A DNA stretch of 64,000 nt from an uncultured bacterium (GCA_963801165.1 CAWDDT010000005.1:416001-480000); one strand, 5' to 3'. Positions 8,005-17,557 are shown, counted from the first letter of the stretch. Notes: generated by a model from the sequence alone, not told the origin. Program-made: numbers and translations.

Positions 8005-8975
8005 TGACCGCAGTCGACGGACGCGCCATGGCCGAGAGGGCGGCAAGCTCCGAGGGTGGCGTCGGGAAACGGATCTACCGCTTCCTGAAGGCAATCCCCA
8101 CGTGGGTCCTTTGGATGCTGGTCATCCTGTGGACCATCCCCAGCTTGGGCCTGCTTGTCAACAGCTTCAGGCCCCGCGACGCCCAAAGGGCGACCGGCTG
8201 GTGGACCACGTTCACCGGCCACGGCGGCGGGTTGACCCTGGCCAACTACAAGGAGGTGCTGAGCGCAGGAGCGACGGGTGGTCTTGGGCAAGCGTTGCTC
8301 AACTCGATGGCGATCGCGATCCCTGCGACCATCATCCCGATTGCAGTAGCGGCCTTCGCCGCATACGCATTCGCCTGGATCGACTTCCGGGGGCGGGAGT
8401 GGCTGTTCATCGCAACGGTCGCCTTGATGTCGATCCCGCTCCAGGTGGCGCTGATCCCGCTGCTCACCACCTACTCGGGCGGTGCGCACTGGACAATCCC
8501 GCTGCTTCACCGAACGCTGACGTTCTTCCCCGACTTCTCCTTATCGGGGACGGTGACGGCAGTGTGGTTGACGCACACCGGATTCGCCTTACCGTTCGCC
8601 ATCTTCCTGCTGCACAACTACATATCCGGCCTACCGGCAGATGTGTTCGAGTCGGCGCGGATCGATGGCGCTGATCACTACAGGATCTTCTGGAGTCTCG
8701 TAGTCCCGCTGTCGGTTCCCGTGCTTGCGGCGTTTGCGATCTTCCAGTTCCTCTGGACTTGGAACGACTACCTGATCGCCTTGACGATGATCGGAGGTAA
8801 TGGCCCAGCCTTCCCGATAACGGTCAAGATCGCCTCGCAGGCGGGCTCGTTCGGTCAGAACGAGCACTTGCTGACGGCGGGTGCGTTCGTCTCGACCGTG
8901 GTACCGCTGGTGGTGTTCTTCTCGCTGCAGCGATACTTCGTCAGAGGGATCCTGGCCGGGTCGGTCAAGGGATAG
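8004..8975 (+). CDS. Sugar ABC transporter permease (AglG-like)
   Basis: AAYAFAW, ESARIDGA, QFLWTWND and LQRYFVRGILAGSVKG; 1-nt overlap with the upstream stop. Confidence 0.9.
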   Translation: MTAVDGRAMAERAASSEGGVGKRIYRFLKAIPTWVLWMLVILWTIPSLGLLVNSFRPRDAQRATGWWTTFTGHGGGLTLANYKEVLSAGATGGLGQALLNSMAIAIPATIIPIAVAAFAAYAFAWIDFRGREWLFIATVALMSIPLQVALIPLLTTYSGGAHWTIPLLHRTLTFFPDFSLSGTVTAVWLTHTGFALPFAIFLLHNYISGLPADVFESARIDGADHYRIFWSLVVPLSVPVLAAFAIFQFLWTWNDYLIALTMIGGNGPAFPITVKIASQAGSFGQNEHLLTAGAFVSTVVPLVVFFSLQRYFVRGILAGSVKG

Positions 8976-8993
8976 AGAAGTTCGAGTCTATGC

Positions 8994-9030
8994 AGAAGGG
9001 CCCCGGGAACCCGGGGCCCTTCTCGTTTTG
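8994..9030. terminator. Intrinsic terminator between the convergent ABC operon and panB
   Basis: 13-bp stem AGAAGGGCCCCGG-GAAC-CCGGGGCCCTTCT followed by CGTTTTG. Confidence 0.8.
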
Positions 9031-9082
9031 TGACTCGAGGAGCCGCTGCCGCCGTATGCGGCCGCGGCGGGCACGTGAGGGA

Positions 9083-9991
9083 CTACTGCTCCATAGCCTC
9101 GTCGGCGAGGAAATCGTCTGTGACTATCCCGTCACCGGGTAGCCCACCTGACATCTGGCGCATCTCATGCAAGATGTCGGCGGAATCCACCGGCATGTGA
9201 TAGGTCTCGTCGTCTCCGGGGAAAGTCCCACCGCGGATGTCTGCGATGAACTCCTCGAGGGCGGCAACGGCCGTATCGGCGAGATGGGCGTACTGGCGGA
9301 CGAACTTTGCGGTAGGGCGACCGTGTAACCCGAGCACGTCGTGAAACACGAGCACCTGCCCGTCACAAGCAGCACCCGCACCGATCCCGATCGTAGGAAC
9401 CGCGATCTCATCGGTCACGATCTCAGCGACGACGTCCGGCACCCCTTCGAGCACGATGGCGAACACGCCGGCATCGGCCAGCAGCTTCGCCTCGGTCACG
9501 AGCTCATATGCGGCGGCCGCTCGCTTGCCCTGAACCCGGTAGCCACCCATGGCATTGACCGACTGCGGGGTGAGCCCGAGATGACCCATTACGGGGATCT
9601 CGGCGTCGAGAACAGCCTTGATGACATCGAGACGTTTCCGCCCGCCTTCCAGCTTGACGGCTTCGGCGCCCTCACGCACCAGCCGACCGGCGTTGTGCAC
9701 AGCCTCTTTTCCGTTGGTGTGGTAGCTGAGCCACGGCATGTCGCCGACGACCAGCGCATTGGGATTTGCCGAGGTGACCGCCTTGGTGTGGTAGGCCATC
9801 TCGTCGATGGTCATCGCCAGGGTGTCCGAGCGGCCGAGCACGACGTTGGCCACCGAATCTCCGACGAGGATGATGTCTACTCCGGCACGGTCGGCGATGC
9901 GTGCCGTCGGCTCGTCGTAGGCGGTGAGCATCGTGATCTTCTCGCCACCCTTACGACCGCGGATGGCGGGTACGGTGATCTTTCCTGTCAT
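9083..9991 (-). CDS. panB: 3-methyl-2-oxobutanoate hydroxymethyltransferase
   Basis: MLTAYD, ILVGDS, VGDMP, VKLEGG, GHLGLTPQS, IGIGAG and DGQVLV. Start ATG 9991 follows an AAAGGGA RBS. Confidence 0.95.
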   Translation of the reverse strand: MTGKITVPAIRGRKGGEKITMLTAYDEPTARIADRAGVDIILVGDSVANVVLGRSDTLAMTIDEMAYHTKAVTSANPNALVVGDMPWLSYHTNGKEAVHNAGRLVREGAEAVKLEGGRKRLDVIKAVLDAEIPVMGHLGLTPQSVNAMGGYRVQGKRAAAAYELVTEAKLLADAGVFAIVLEGVPDVVAEIVTDEIAVPTIGIGAGAACDGQVLVFHDVLGLHGRPTAKFVRQYAHLADTAVAALEEFIADIRGGTFPGDDETYHMPVDSADILHEMRQMSGGLPGDGIVTDDFLADEAMEQ

Positions 9992-10112
9992 AGCAGTTCC
10001 CTTTCTCCCCACTGATCCCAGTTGGGGGACGGACCGGTTGTCGAGTGTCCTCCGCGTCCGCGGTATCGGCCGCCTTCGGGTCGCCCGTACCTACGCGGAT
10101 GTCGGCTCCTCT
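9992..10112 (-). promoter_or_regulatory. Structured 5' leader of panB (candidate cis-regulatory RNA)
   Basis: Likely -10 TATCGT (10119-10124, minus strand), a long bulged hairpin UCCGCGU...ACGCGGA, and a second hairpin with a bulged A next to the RBS. Confidence 0.35.
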
Positions 10113-10159
10113 GCGGGAACGATACCCGGCCGGTTTGGTTCCGGCACTATGTTTCTCCC

Positions 10160-10636
10160 ATGGCACGCAAAGACGTAACTATGACCGCCGAGGAAGTCCA
10201 GAGGTTCCTCACCGACAACCAGATTCTCGAAGTGGCGACGATTGGCGGCGACGGTTGGCCCCACCTCGCCCCGATGTGGTACGTGATGGACGGGGAACAC
10301 GTGGTGTTCCGCTCCTTCACCAAGTCGCAGAAGATCGTCAACCTGCACCGGAACCCCAGGCTCAGCGTGCTGGTGGAGACCGGCAACGAGTACTCGCAGC
10401 TGCGCGGCGTGATGATCAAGGGCACCGCAAACCTGATCACAGACCCGGAGTACGTGTTGTCCATCTACGGCCGGCTGGCGGCCAAGTACCCGATGATCAA
10501 CGACACGCCGATGGACCTCGACCCGGAGGCTCTGCAGACCGCATTCGGCCGGTTCGCCGCCAAGAACACGGCCGTCCTGGTCGAGCCGGTTAGGACCATC
10601 ACCTGGGACCACACCAAGCTGGGTGGCGACTATTAG
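10160..10636 (+). CDS. Pyridoxamine-5'-phosphate-oxidase-like (PPOX class, probably F420-dependent) oxidoreductase
   Basis: VATIG.DG.PHLAPMWY, SQKIVNL.RNPR, LRGVMIKG and WDHTKL. Leaderless start: TATGTT, 6 nt, ATG 10160. Confidence 0.85.
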   Translation: MARKDVTMTAEEVQRFLTDNQILEVATIGGDGWPHLAPMWYVMDGEHVVFRSFTKSQKIVNLHRNPRLSVLVETGNEYSQLRGVMIKGTANLITDPEYVLSIYGRLAAKYPMINDTPMDLDPEALQTAFGRFAAKNTAVLVEPVRTITWDHTKLGGDY

Positions 10637-10668
10637 GGACGGCCGCTGGAACATGACATACTTGCCAC

Positions 10669-11838
10669 ATGTTCGGTGTGATCATCGTCATTGCCGTCAT
10701 CGGCCTGATCGTGGCGGCCGCCAATCAGCAGCATAAGCGGATCGCGTCATCCTGGGGGGAGGTGGCCCGCCGGCTGGGGATCCAGATGGAGTCAGGGTCG
10801 TGGTTCTCGAACCCCAAGCTGACCGGCACCCTCAACGGCATCCCGCTCTACGTCGACAGCTACAGCCGCCGCCACAACAACAGCTCGACCACCTACACGC
10901 GGTACCAGGTCCGCTACCCCACCCCCGGATTCGACTTCACATTGCGGCGGGAAGGGGGCCTCACCAAGATCGGCAAGCTCTTCGGAATCAGAGACGCAGA
11001 GGTCGGTGACCCTGCGTTCGACGGGGCGTTCAAGATCAAGACCGACGATCAAACCCGGATCCAGCAATACCTGACACCTTCTGTGCGCGCCGGTCTGTTC
11101 CGTCTCATGGCGTCGTTCCCGACGGTTGTTATCTCGGCGGGACACATCGGGTTGGAGCAGGCTCGCCTCGAGAAGAACCCGGACAGGCTCGAGTCAGTCA
11201 TCAGGCGTCTAGTGGGAACCGCTCAACTTCTCGCATCTCCGGACGGTGGCGTCAGCGACCAGGACGTCACCGACCGCCAACACGGCATGCTCGACGACGT
11301 CGCCGGCAGCGTGCGCAAATCCGTAGAGCAGAACCCTGAGGACGTCGACCAACGCCTCTTCGAGATCGAGACGCTTGCCGCGGCGGGACGGGACGAGCAG
11401 GCGGGACGGCGTCTCGAGGAGCTAGAGAAGATGGCTCCCGCCGACCCCGATGTGGTGGGCTGGAAAAAGACGCTCGAGACCCCGAGCAGGCAGCCGGTCG
11501 CCAGAGAGGTCAACCTCGACGAGATGGCGGCCGACCTCTTCGGAGGCAGCGATCTGAGCTTCGAGACCAGGACCAAGTTCAACGATCAGTACGCCGGAGC
11601 AACCGTCAGTTGGCAAGGGACGGTGAAAGAAGTTCGGGAATCCCCAACCGGCGCCAGGGTGACCGTGACGGTGGCCAACGTCGACAACGATCTATACGGC
11701 AACACCGACATCGACGTCGTCGTCGACGCCACAACGCCGCCACCGGCCAAAGGGGCGACGGTAACCGTCTCCGGCATGCTCGACCGCATCGACCCGCTGA
11801 TGCGCAACCTGTATCTGGCGGCAGCCAGGGTCAGCTAG
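10669..11838 (+). CDS. Hypothetical membrane-anchored protein (N-terminal TM, TPR-like helix pair, C-terminal OB-fold-like domain)
   Basis: Hydrophobic N-terminus, EQAGRRLEELEKMAPADPDV, and YAGATVSWQGTV...VTVSG. Confidence 0.75.
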   Translation: MFGVIIVIAVIGLIVAAANQQHKRIASSWGEVARRLGIQMESGSWFSNPKLTGTLNGIPLYVDSYSRRHNNSSTTYTRYQVRYPTPGFDFTLRREGGLTKIGKLFGIRDAEVGDPAFDGAFKIKTDDQTRIQQYLTPSVRAGLFRLMASFPTVVISAGHIGLEQARLEKNPDRLESVIRRLVGTAQLLASPDGGVSDQDVTDRQHGMLDDVAGSVRKSVEQNPEDVDQRLFEIETLAAAGRDEQAGRRLEELEKMAPADPDVVGWKKTLETPSRQPVAREVNLDEMAADLFGGSDLSFETRTKFNDQYAGATVSWQGTVKEVRESPTGARVTVTVANVDNDLYGNTDIDVVVDATTPPPAKGATVTVSGMLDRIDPLMRNLYLAAARVS

Positions 11839-11858
11839 TGCCCTGGCCAGGGCACTAG
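11835..11858. repeat. Perfect 24-bp palindrome bounded by CTAG
   Basis: CTAGTGCCCTGGCCAGGGCACTAG is its own reverse complement; the first CTAG supplies the stop of the upstream gene. Confidence 0.85.
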
Positions 11859-11869
11859 GGAGCGTCTCG

Positions 11870-13108
11870 CTAGACCCTCCGCCGCAGAAGGATCTCGACG
11901 CGTCTGATCCTGCGTCCGCTCATCGCAGTTACCTTGAACCGAAGGTGTCCGGCGTCTACCTCCGTGCCTACTGCCGGCAGGTCGCCGGCGATGCCCATCA
12001 CCATGCCACCTACGGTGGTCCAGTCCCCTGCGGGGAGCCGAACACCGATCGCACCCTCCAGGTCCTCGGTGAGCATGCCCCCGTCGGCAACCCACCTGTC
12101 TTGTCCCACTTTGCGCAACGGCGGCACCAGCGCGATCTTCTCCTCGCTGACGGCACCGAAGATCTCCTCGACGATGTCCTCGATCGTGACCATGCCAGAG
12201 GTGCCGCCGTGCTCGTCGATGACGATGGCGACGTGTGTCCCTTCGCTCTGCATCTCCCTGAGCAGCTCGAGGACACGCTTGTTCTCGGCGACGAGCAGCG
12301 GCTGATACGCGACATCGCTCACCTCGGTCTCGATGTTGACCACGAGATCGCGCTGGCGCACGACGCCGACGATGTTGTCGATTGTCCCGTCGTATACCGG
12401 GAGCCGCCGGTGGCCGCTACGGAGACCGATGTCGAGAGCCTCGGCCGCGGTTGCCGATACGGGTACGGCGACTATGTCGACGCGGGGAACCATGACCTCG
12501 TCGGCGACCCGGTCGCCCAACCGGAAGACCCCTTCGATGAGGTCCAGGTCGGCGTCGGTGATCTCGCCTTCGGTGGCGGCGGCCGCGGCCAGGCTGCGCA
12601 GCTCGCGCTCGGTCACGGTAGGAGCCGTCGCGATGCCCCGACCGGGGGCGTGCAGATCCGCAAACTTCACCAGGACGGTGACTATCGGTCTCAGCAGCGT
12701 CGTGAGCCAGCCGATGGGGAACGCGAGAGCCATCACGACGCGGGCGGCGGCCCGGTAGGCAAATGTCTTCGGGATTGCCTCCGTGTAGACAAAAAGGAAG
12801 AGGGTGAGGGCAAACGACGCGATGGTGACCCCTCCATTGCCGAACCATCGGTCCGCGAGGATGCCTGTGACGGTCGCCGCCCCGATCTGGACCAGCAGCA
12901 CCGAGAGCAGGATCGTGTTGAGTACGCGGGGCAGATCATCGAGTAGCCGGAGGGTTCGCCTACCACGCCGGCTTCCTTCGTCCGCGATGGCGGCGATACG
13001 AACACGGGATACCCGCACCAGCGCGGTCTCGGCGGCCGCGAGAAAGACGGCGATCAGCACAAGGGCCACGAACAGGATGATCAGGCTGCCGTCGCGATTC
13101 CACTCCAT
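11870..13108 (-). CDS. HlyC/CorC (CNNM-CBS-CorC) family Mg2+/Co2+ transport-associated protein
   Basis: AAETAL, EAIPK, VMVPRVDI, RLPVY, DEHGGTSGMVTIEDIVEEIFG and TVGG. Confidence 0.9.
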   Translation of the reverse strand: MEWNRDGSLIILFVALVLIAVFLAAAETALVRVSRVRIAAIADEGSRRGRRTLRLLDDLPRVLNTILLSVLLVQIGAATVTGILADRWFGNGGVTIASFALTLFLFVYTEAIPKTFAYRAAARVVMALAFPIGWLTTLLRPIVTVLVKFADLHAPGRGIATAPTVTERELRSLAAAAATEGEITDADLDLIEGVFRLGDRVADEVMVPRVDIVAVPVSATAAEALDIGLRSGHRRLPVYDGTIDNIVGVVRQRDLVVNIETEVSDVAYQPLLVAENKRVLELLREMQSEGTHVAIVIDEHGGTSGMVTIEDIVEEIFGAVSEEKIALVPPLRKVGQDRWVADGGMLTEDLEGAIGVRLPAGDWTTVGGMVMGIAGDLPAVGTEVDAGHLRFKVTAMSGRRIRRVEILLRRRV

Positions 13109-13141
13109 GCGGCAAGTCTGGCACAGGCGAAGCGCCGTGCC

Positions 13142-13744
13142 TCACCCCGCGGTCGAGACGGGCACCCACCCGACCTGACGAAGCCAACGTTCCGTGTGTT
13201 GCCGCACGTAGTCGGGAGGTATCGGCTCGCCGAGCACGACGCGCTTGTAAAAGATCGCACCCGCCAGCTCGGCGACGGAGTCGCTTGCGTCGATATCGGC
13301 GGGCAGCTCGCCACGACTCTTGCCCCTCTCGATCAACTGCACGAGATGATTGCGTCGCGCCTTGGTTGCTTCGAAGTGCAATCGGCTCATGGCCGCGTTG
13401 CGGTGGGCCGCGCTCAGCATGGAGAGGGCGATGGTGACGACATCGTCGTTGCTGAACCACTCGACCAACTGACCGAGGAAGCACTCGATGTCGCCCTGCA
13501 CGGAACCGGTGTCGATATCGGGATCGAGAACGAGACGGCTCTTGACCGCCTCGACAATGAGGTGCTGCTTATCGGGCCAGTGGCGGTAGATGGTCGATCG
13601 AGCCACCCCGCAACGATCACTGACACCCTCGATGGTGGTTTTGTCGTACCCTCGCTCGGCGACCAGGTCGGCCGTCGCGCCGAGCACGAGGCGGCGTGTA
13701 CGCTCAATCCTGGGATCGCATTCGTTTTCGATCTCGTCGGTCAT
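13142..13744 (-). CDS. TetR/AcrR family transcriptional regulator
   Basis: DPRIERTR...TIEGVSDRCGVARSTIYRHWPDK HTH; divergent from an MFS pump. Confidence 0.9.
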   Translation of the reverse strand: MTDEIENECDPRIERTRRLVLGATADLVAERGYDKTTIEGVSDRCGVARSTIYRHWPDKQHLIVEAVKSRLVLDPDIDTGSVQGDIECFLGQLVEWFSNDDVVTIALSMLSAAHRNAAMSRLHFEATKARRNHLVQLIERGKSRGELPADIDASDSVAELAGAIFYKRVVLGEPIPPDYVRQHTERWLRQVGWVPVSTAG

Positions 13745-13769
13745 GGCGCACCCATTCTATCAAACAAAC

Positions 13770-13843
13770 CTGTAGCGCTCCACTACAAGTGTGTTGCATA
13801 GTAGGTCAGATGTGTTCTATAGTGCAACACCGCTGTCCTACAG
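13770..13843. promoter_or_regulatory. Inverted-repeat operator region between TetR and the MFS pump
   Basis: GTGTTGCA (13791-13798) and TGCAACAC (13823-13830), nested inside CTGTAG...CTACAG, in an AT-richer intergenic region. Confidence 0.5.
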
Positions 13844-13855
13844 AGGAGACCGCCG

Positions 13856-15421
13856 ATGCGAATAACACCCGAGCAGAAGTACGAGCGCCGCTGGTTCACG
13901 CTTGTTGTCCTGTCGCTGAGCCTGGTGATAATCGGGCTCGACAACACCATCCTCAATGTCGCGCTGCCGACGTTGCAGCGTGACCTCAGCGCCAACGCAT
14001 CCCAGCTGCAATGGATGGTCGATAGCTACGTGCTGGTGTATGCAGGCCTGCTGCTCACCGTCGGTGCCCTCGGTGACCGTTTTGGCCGGGGAGGGGCTCT
14101 CACTTCCGGGCTGGCCATCTTCGGTCTTGCCAGCCTGGTCGCGTCGCAGACCGGATCGGCGGATCAACTGATCGCAGCCAGGGCAGTGATGGGAGTCGGC
14201 GGCGCACTCATCATGCCGGCCACACTCTCGATCATCACCGACGTCTTTCCCCGCGAGGAGCGGGGCCGGGCGATCGGGATCTGGGCCGGAGTGGCTGGTG
14301 CCGGGATCGGGCTTGGCCCCATTGTCGGTGGCGTTCTACTCCAGTACTTCTGGTGGGGCTCGGTGTTCCTGGTCAACATCCCGATAGTGATCACGGCACT
14401 GGTCGCCGGCTACATCCTGGTTCCGACCAGCCGCGATCCAAACGCAACGCCACTCGACATCCCGGGCGCCTTCCTCTCCATGCTCGCCATCTCGTCGCTG
14501 GTGTACGCCATCATCGAGGGACCAAGCGAGGGATGGACGTCCGGTCTGGTGCTCAGCGGGTTCCTCGCTGCGATCGTGTTCGGGATCGTCTTCCTCGTTG
14601 TCGAGCTCCGCACCAACCATCCGATGCTCAATCTGTCCTTCTTCGCCAACCGGCGTTTCTCGGGAGGGGCAACTGCCATCGGGATCGCGTTCTTCTCCCT
14701 GTTCGGGGTCGTCTTCGTGCTCACCCAGTATCTCCAGTTCGTCCAGGGTTACACCGCCCTCCAGGCTGGAGTGCGCACCGCGCCGATCGCCCTCGGGATG
14801 ATGATCGGGTCATCAATGGCGCCCCGGATCGTGGAACGCATTGGGACGACCCGGGTCGTTTCCGCCGGGCTCGTGGTGCTGGCCCTAACCCTTGCTTCGT
14901 ACTCGCTACTCACTCCTGACACGAGCTACTGGCTGGTGCTTCTGGCCCTCCTCGTCATGACCCTGGCGATGGGGTCGATCATGGCCCCTTCCACCGATGC
15001 GGTGATGGGGGCAGTGCCGCGGGCCAAGGCGGGCGTGGCCTCGGCTACCAATGACGTGGCCCGGCAGGTCTCGGGCGCCATCGGCGTCGCTCTGGTAGGT
15101 TCGGCGCTCAACTCGGCGTATGCGACCCGGATGACCGATGCCGTCACCCAGCTCCCTACCCAGGCTGCGGAGGCCGCACGCAATTCCATCGGGGCCGCAA
15201 TCGCCGTTGCCGCGAACCTCCCGGGCGAGGCCGGATCGCAGCTGATCACCGCGGCACGACACGCGTTCGTCGATTCGATGGGCATGGCCGTCTTCATCGG
15301 AGCCGGGGCGGCGCTCATCGGCGCTTTCCTGGTCGCCCGCTTCATGCCTCCGCAGCATCTGCCTGAGGAGGACGAACCGGACGAATATGGAGCGCCAGAG
15401 CCGGAGCCCGTGTTCGACTGA
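13856..15421 (+). CDS. DHA2 (EmrB/QacA) family MFS efflux pump
   Basis: LDNTILNVALPT, LQWMVDSY, GALGDRFGR, GPIVGG and WGSVFLVNIP; about 14 TM segments. Confidence 0.93.
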   Translation: MRITPEQKYERRWFTLVVLSLSLVIIGLDNTILNVALPTLQRDLSANASQLQWMVDSYVLVYAGLLLTVGALGDRFGRGGALTSGLAIFGLASLVASQTGSADQLIAARAVMGVGGALIMPATLSIITDVFPREERGRAIGIWAGVAGAGIGLGPIVGGVLLQYFWWGSVFLVNIPIVITALVAGYILVPTSRDPNATPLDIPGAFLSMLAISSLVYAIIEGPSEGWTSGLVLSGFLAAIVFGIVFLVVELRTNHPMLNLSFFANRRFSGGATAIGIAFFSLFGVVFVLTQYLQFVQGYTALQAGVRTAPIALGMMIGSSMAPRIVERIGTTRVVSAGLVVLALTLASYSLLTPDTSYWLVLLALLVMTLAMGSIMAPSTDAVMGAVPRAKAGVASATNDVARQVSGAIGVALVGSALNSAYATRMTDAVTQLPTQAAEAARNSIGAAIAVAANLPGEAGSQLITAARHAFVDSMGMAVFIGAGAALIGAFLVARFMPPQHLPEEDEPDEYGAPEPEPVFD

Positions 15422-15427
15422 GTAACG

Positions 15428-15865
15428 ATGACAAACCCCATGGATCCGGAGAACCCCGTCAACGCCTTGTGCATCCAGGGCATGGAGGCCGAGGGACGGG
15501 GCGATCCGGAGTCCGCCCGGGTGTTGTTCTCTCAGGCTTGGGAACGGCGGTCGAACCCCGTCGAGGCCGCGGTCGCCGCCCACTACGTGGCGCGGCATCA
15601 GGACACGGCCGCCGGGACGCTTCTGTGGAACCAGCGTGCCCTCGATGAGGCGACGGCAGGAGAGCCTGGGGCGATCGCCGGCTTTCTGCCTTCCCTACAC
15701 CTCAACCTCGGCAAGAGCCACGAGGACGTCGGCGACCTCGCCGCAGCTCGCGGACAGTACCTCCTGGCGCAGCACGCCTCCTCGGCGCTCGGCGACGACG
15801 GTTACGGCCGCATGATCCGGGGCGGTATCGGCGCGGCCCTGGAGCGGACCGCCACAGCCGGGTAA
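15428..15865 (+). CDS. Small TPR-like hypothetical protein
   Basis: DPENPV..LC..GM..E, AAHYVARHQ and PSLHLNLGK.HED. Start may be ATG 15440. Confidence 0.75.
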   Translation: MTNPMDPENPVNALCIQGMEAEGRGDPESARVLFSQAWERRSNPVEAAVAAHYVARHQDTAAGTLLWNQRALDEATAGEPGAIAGFLPSLHLNLGKSHEDVGDLAAARGQYLLAQHASSALGDDGYGRMIRGGIGAALERTATAG

Positions 15866-15889
15866 TGCCACGCTCGTTGCAGCCGGCGG

Positions 15890-17557
15890 CTACGGACGGG
15901 GAGTGGCGTGGCCGGCGCAGTCCAGACCCTCGCCGGGGCGGTACAGGGCATTCACCGAGTCTTCGAATGTCTCGCCTTCGGGGTTGGTCCGGGACCGGTC
16001 GGTCTCCACTGCGGTACAAGCACCGGACCGCCAGCTGCTCTGACCGGTCTGCTCTACGTCCCAATAGTGAGTCGAGTACATCTGGACGGTGATCGAGGTG
16101 TCGGTGTACTCGGTCCAGATGAGGATCGCATACGGGGTGTTGTTGATGACGGCGAGGTCTACGTCCGGGTAGTTGAGCGTCGCCTCCCGGCCGTAGGGAT
16201 AGCGGCTGATGTAGATGGAGTGCGCCTTGTAGTCGTCGAGCTCGAGACCGGCGAAGAACGAGGCGTTGAACATCGTCGTGGCGAATTGGGAGATGCCACC
16301 GCCAACGTCGTCCTTGTAGTGACCTTGCTGGATGGTGCCCGCCGAGACAAATCCCTTCTCCCTGGTGCGCGGCCCGATGAAGTCATTGACCGAGAAACGC
16401 TCCCCGGGCATGATCACAACGCCTCGCATGAGATCTGCGATCCGGTGGATGTTCTCCACCCGGTTCTGACAGCAGGCATGATTCGTGGTGAACTCGCTCA
16501 CCTGCTCGCTGACTCCCAAGGCATCGATCCGGGCCTTTCCAAAGTCGTCCTCGACCAGCCTGGTGGGGAGGAAGACGAGCGAGCGGCCACCGGCTTGGGC
16601 CTCGTCGTAGAGGGCGGCGGCGGCCCCCTCGCCGCAACAGGTCCGGGCTGGATCGCCGTCGATCCCGTAGGTCACCTTCCCGTTCACCACGGTGTAGACC
16701 GGCTGCGGGAGCGGGGTGGCGTACCCGTCGAGGAGGCTCTCCAGCGAGTCGGTGACCCGTTGCTCGTTAAAGACCGGCACAAGCCCGTCGCTGGTTATCG
16801 CTGAGTCGATCCAGCGCCGAATCGTCGTGCTGCCTACGTGTGCGGTTTTGCCGTTGATCCGCACCGCAAGATCGTGTGCCGCAAGCTGCTCAGCAGCAGA
16901 GAGCCCTGCGACCAGATCCTCATTGTCGAACTGCGGCTTCATAGGGCTCCACGGAACGTCGACCGAGAATGGCGTTGTCCCGAACTGCACCTCGGCAGCG
17001 AGCGCCTCTGCGGCCTCCCCCGGGTCGACGTAGATACCGTCCGCACCCTCGGTGACGACGGGCTCGCCGGACTTGTAGGTGAAGCCGGGCTCGACCGGAG
17101 GCTGCTGCACAGTGTCGGGCAGGGCGGCGACCGCGGCGCTCGCAACGGCGGCATCAACGGTGAACACCGGCTCGACCGCCACCGGATCGGCCAGGCCGCC
17201 GACCCAGGTGCCGAAAGCAGTCACCGGGTTCCCCTGACGCCCTGCGGCAAACACGGCATCCCTGGTTGCCTCCCGGTCCACGCTGACGCCCGCCTCCGCT
17301 CGTGTCAGCACGATGTCGAGACCCGGCGCCGAGATCATCACAGTGTCGGCCGCACTCTCGGTTGCGATACGGTCGATGGTCGCGTCCAGCTCGGAATCGG
17401 TCATCCCCCCGACCTCAACACCGGCGAGCGTGACGTTTCGGTTCACCCGGTCGACGTGGGCGACCCGATCAACACCCCAGGCAGCAACGGTGCTGAGGAG
17501 AAGACCGAGAACGACGAACGCGGCGACTACAAGGGTGCGCCCCAACCAGCGTGGCAT
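15890..17557 (-). CDS. VanW family protein with peptidoglycan-binding (PG_binding_4) region
   Basis: N-terminal TM, LAGVEVGG, RVENI, FSVNDFIGPRT, VGGGISQFATTMFNA and HSIYISRYPYGREAT. Confidence 0.88.
   Translation of the reverse strand: MPRWLGRTLVVAAFVVLGLLLSTVAAWGVDRVAHVDRVNRNVTLAGVEVGGMTDSELDATIDRIATESAADTVMISAPGLDIVLTRAEAGVSVDREATRDAVFAAGRQGNPVTAFGTWVGGLADPVAVEPVFTVDAAVASAAVAALPDTVQQPPVEPGFTYKSGEPVVTEGADGIYVDPGEAAEALAAEVQFGTTPFSVDVPWSPMKPQFDNEDLVAGLSAAEQLAAHDLAVRINGKTAHVGSTTIRRWIDSAITSDGLVPVFNEQRVTDSLESLLDGYATPLPQPVYTVVNGKVTYGIDGDPARTCCGEGAAAALYDEAQAGGRSLVFLPTRLVEDDFGKARIDALGVSEQVSEFTTNHACCQNRVENIHRIADLMRGVVIMPGERFSVNDFIGPRTREKGFVSAGTIQQGHYKDDVGGGISQFATTMFNASFFAGLELDDYKAHSIYISRYPYGREATLNYPDVDLAVINNTPYAILIWTEYTDTSITVQMYSTHYWDVEQTGQSSWRSGACTAVETDRSRTNPEGETFEDSVNALYRPGEGLDCAGHATPRP

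Noticed and set aside
15890-17557. VanW as a vancomycin-resistance determinant
   Set aside because: No vanHAX or vanRS nearby; VanW/PG-binding proteins are widespread cell-wall proteins.
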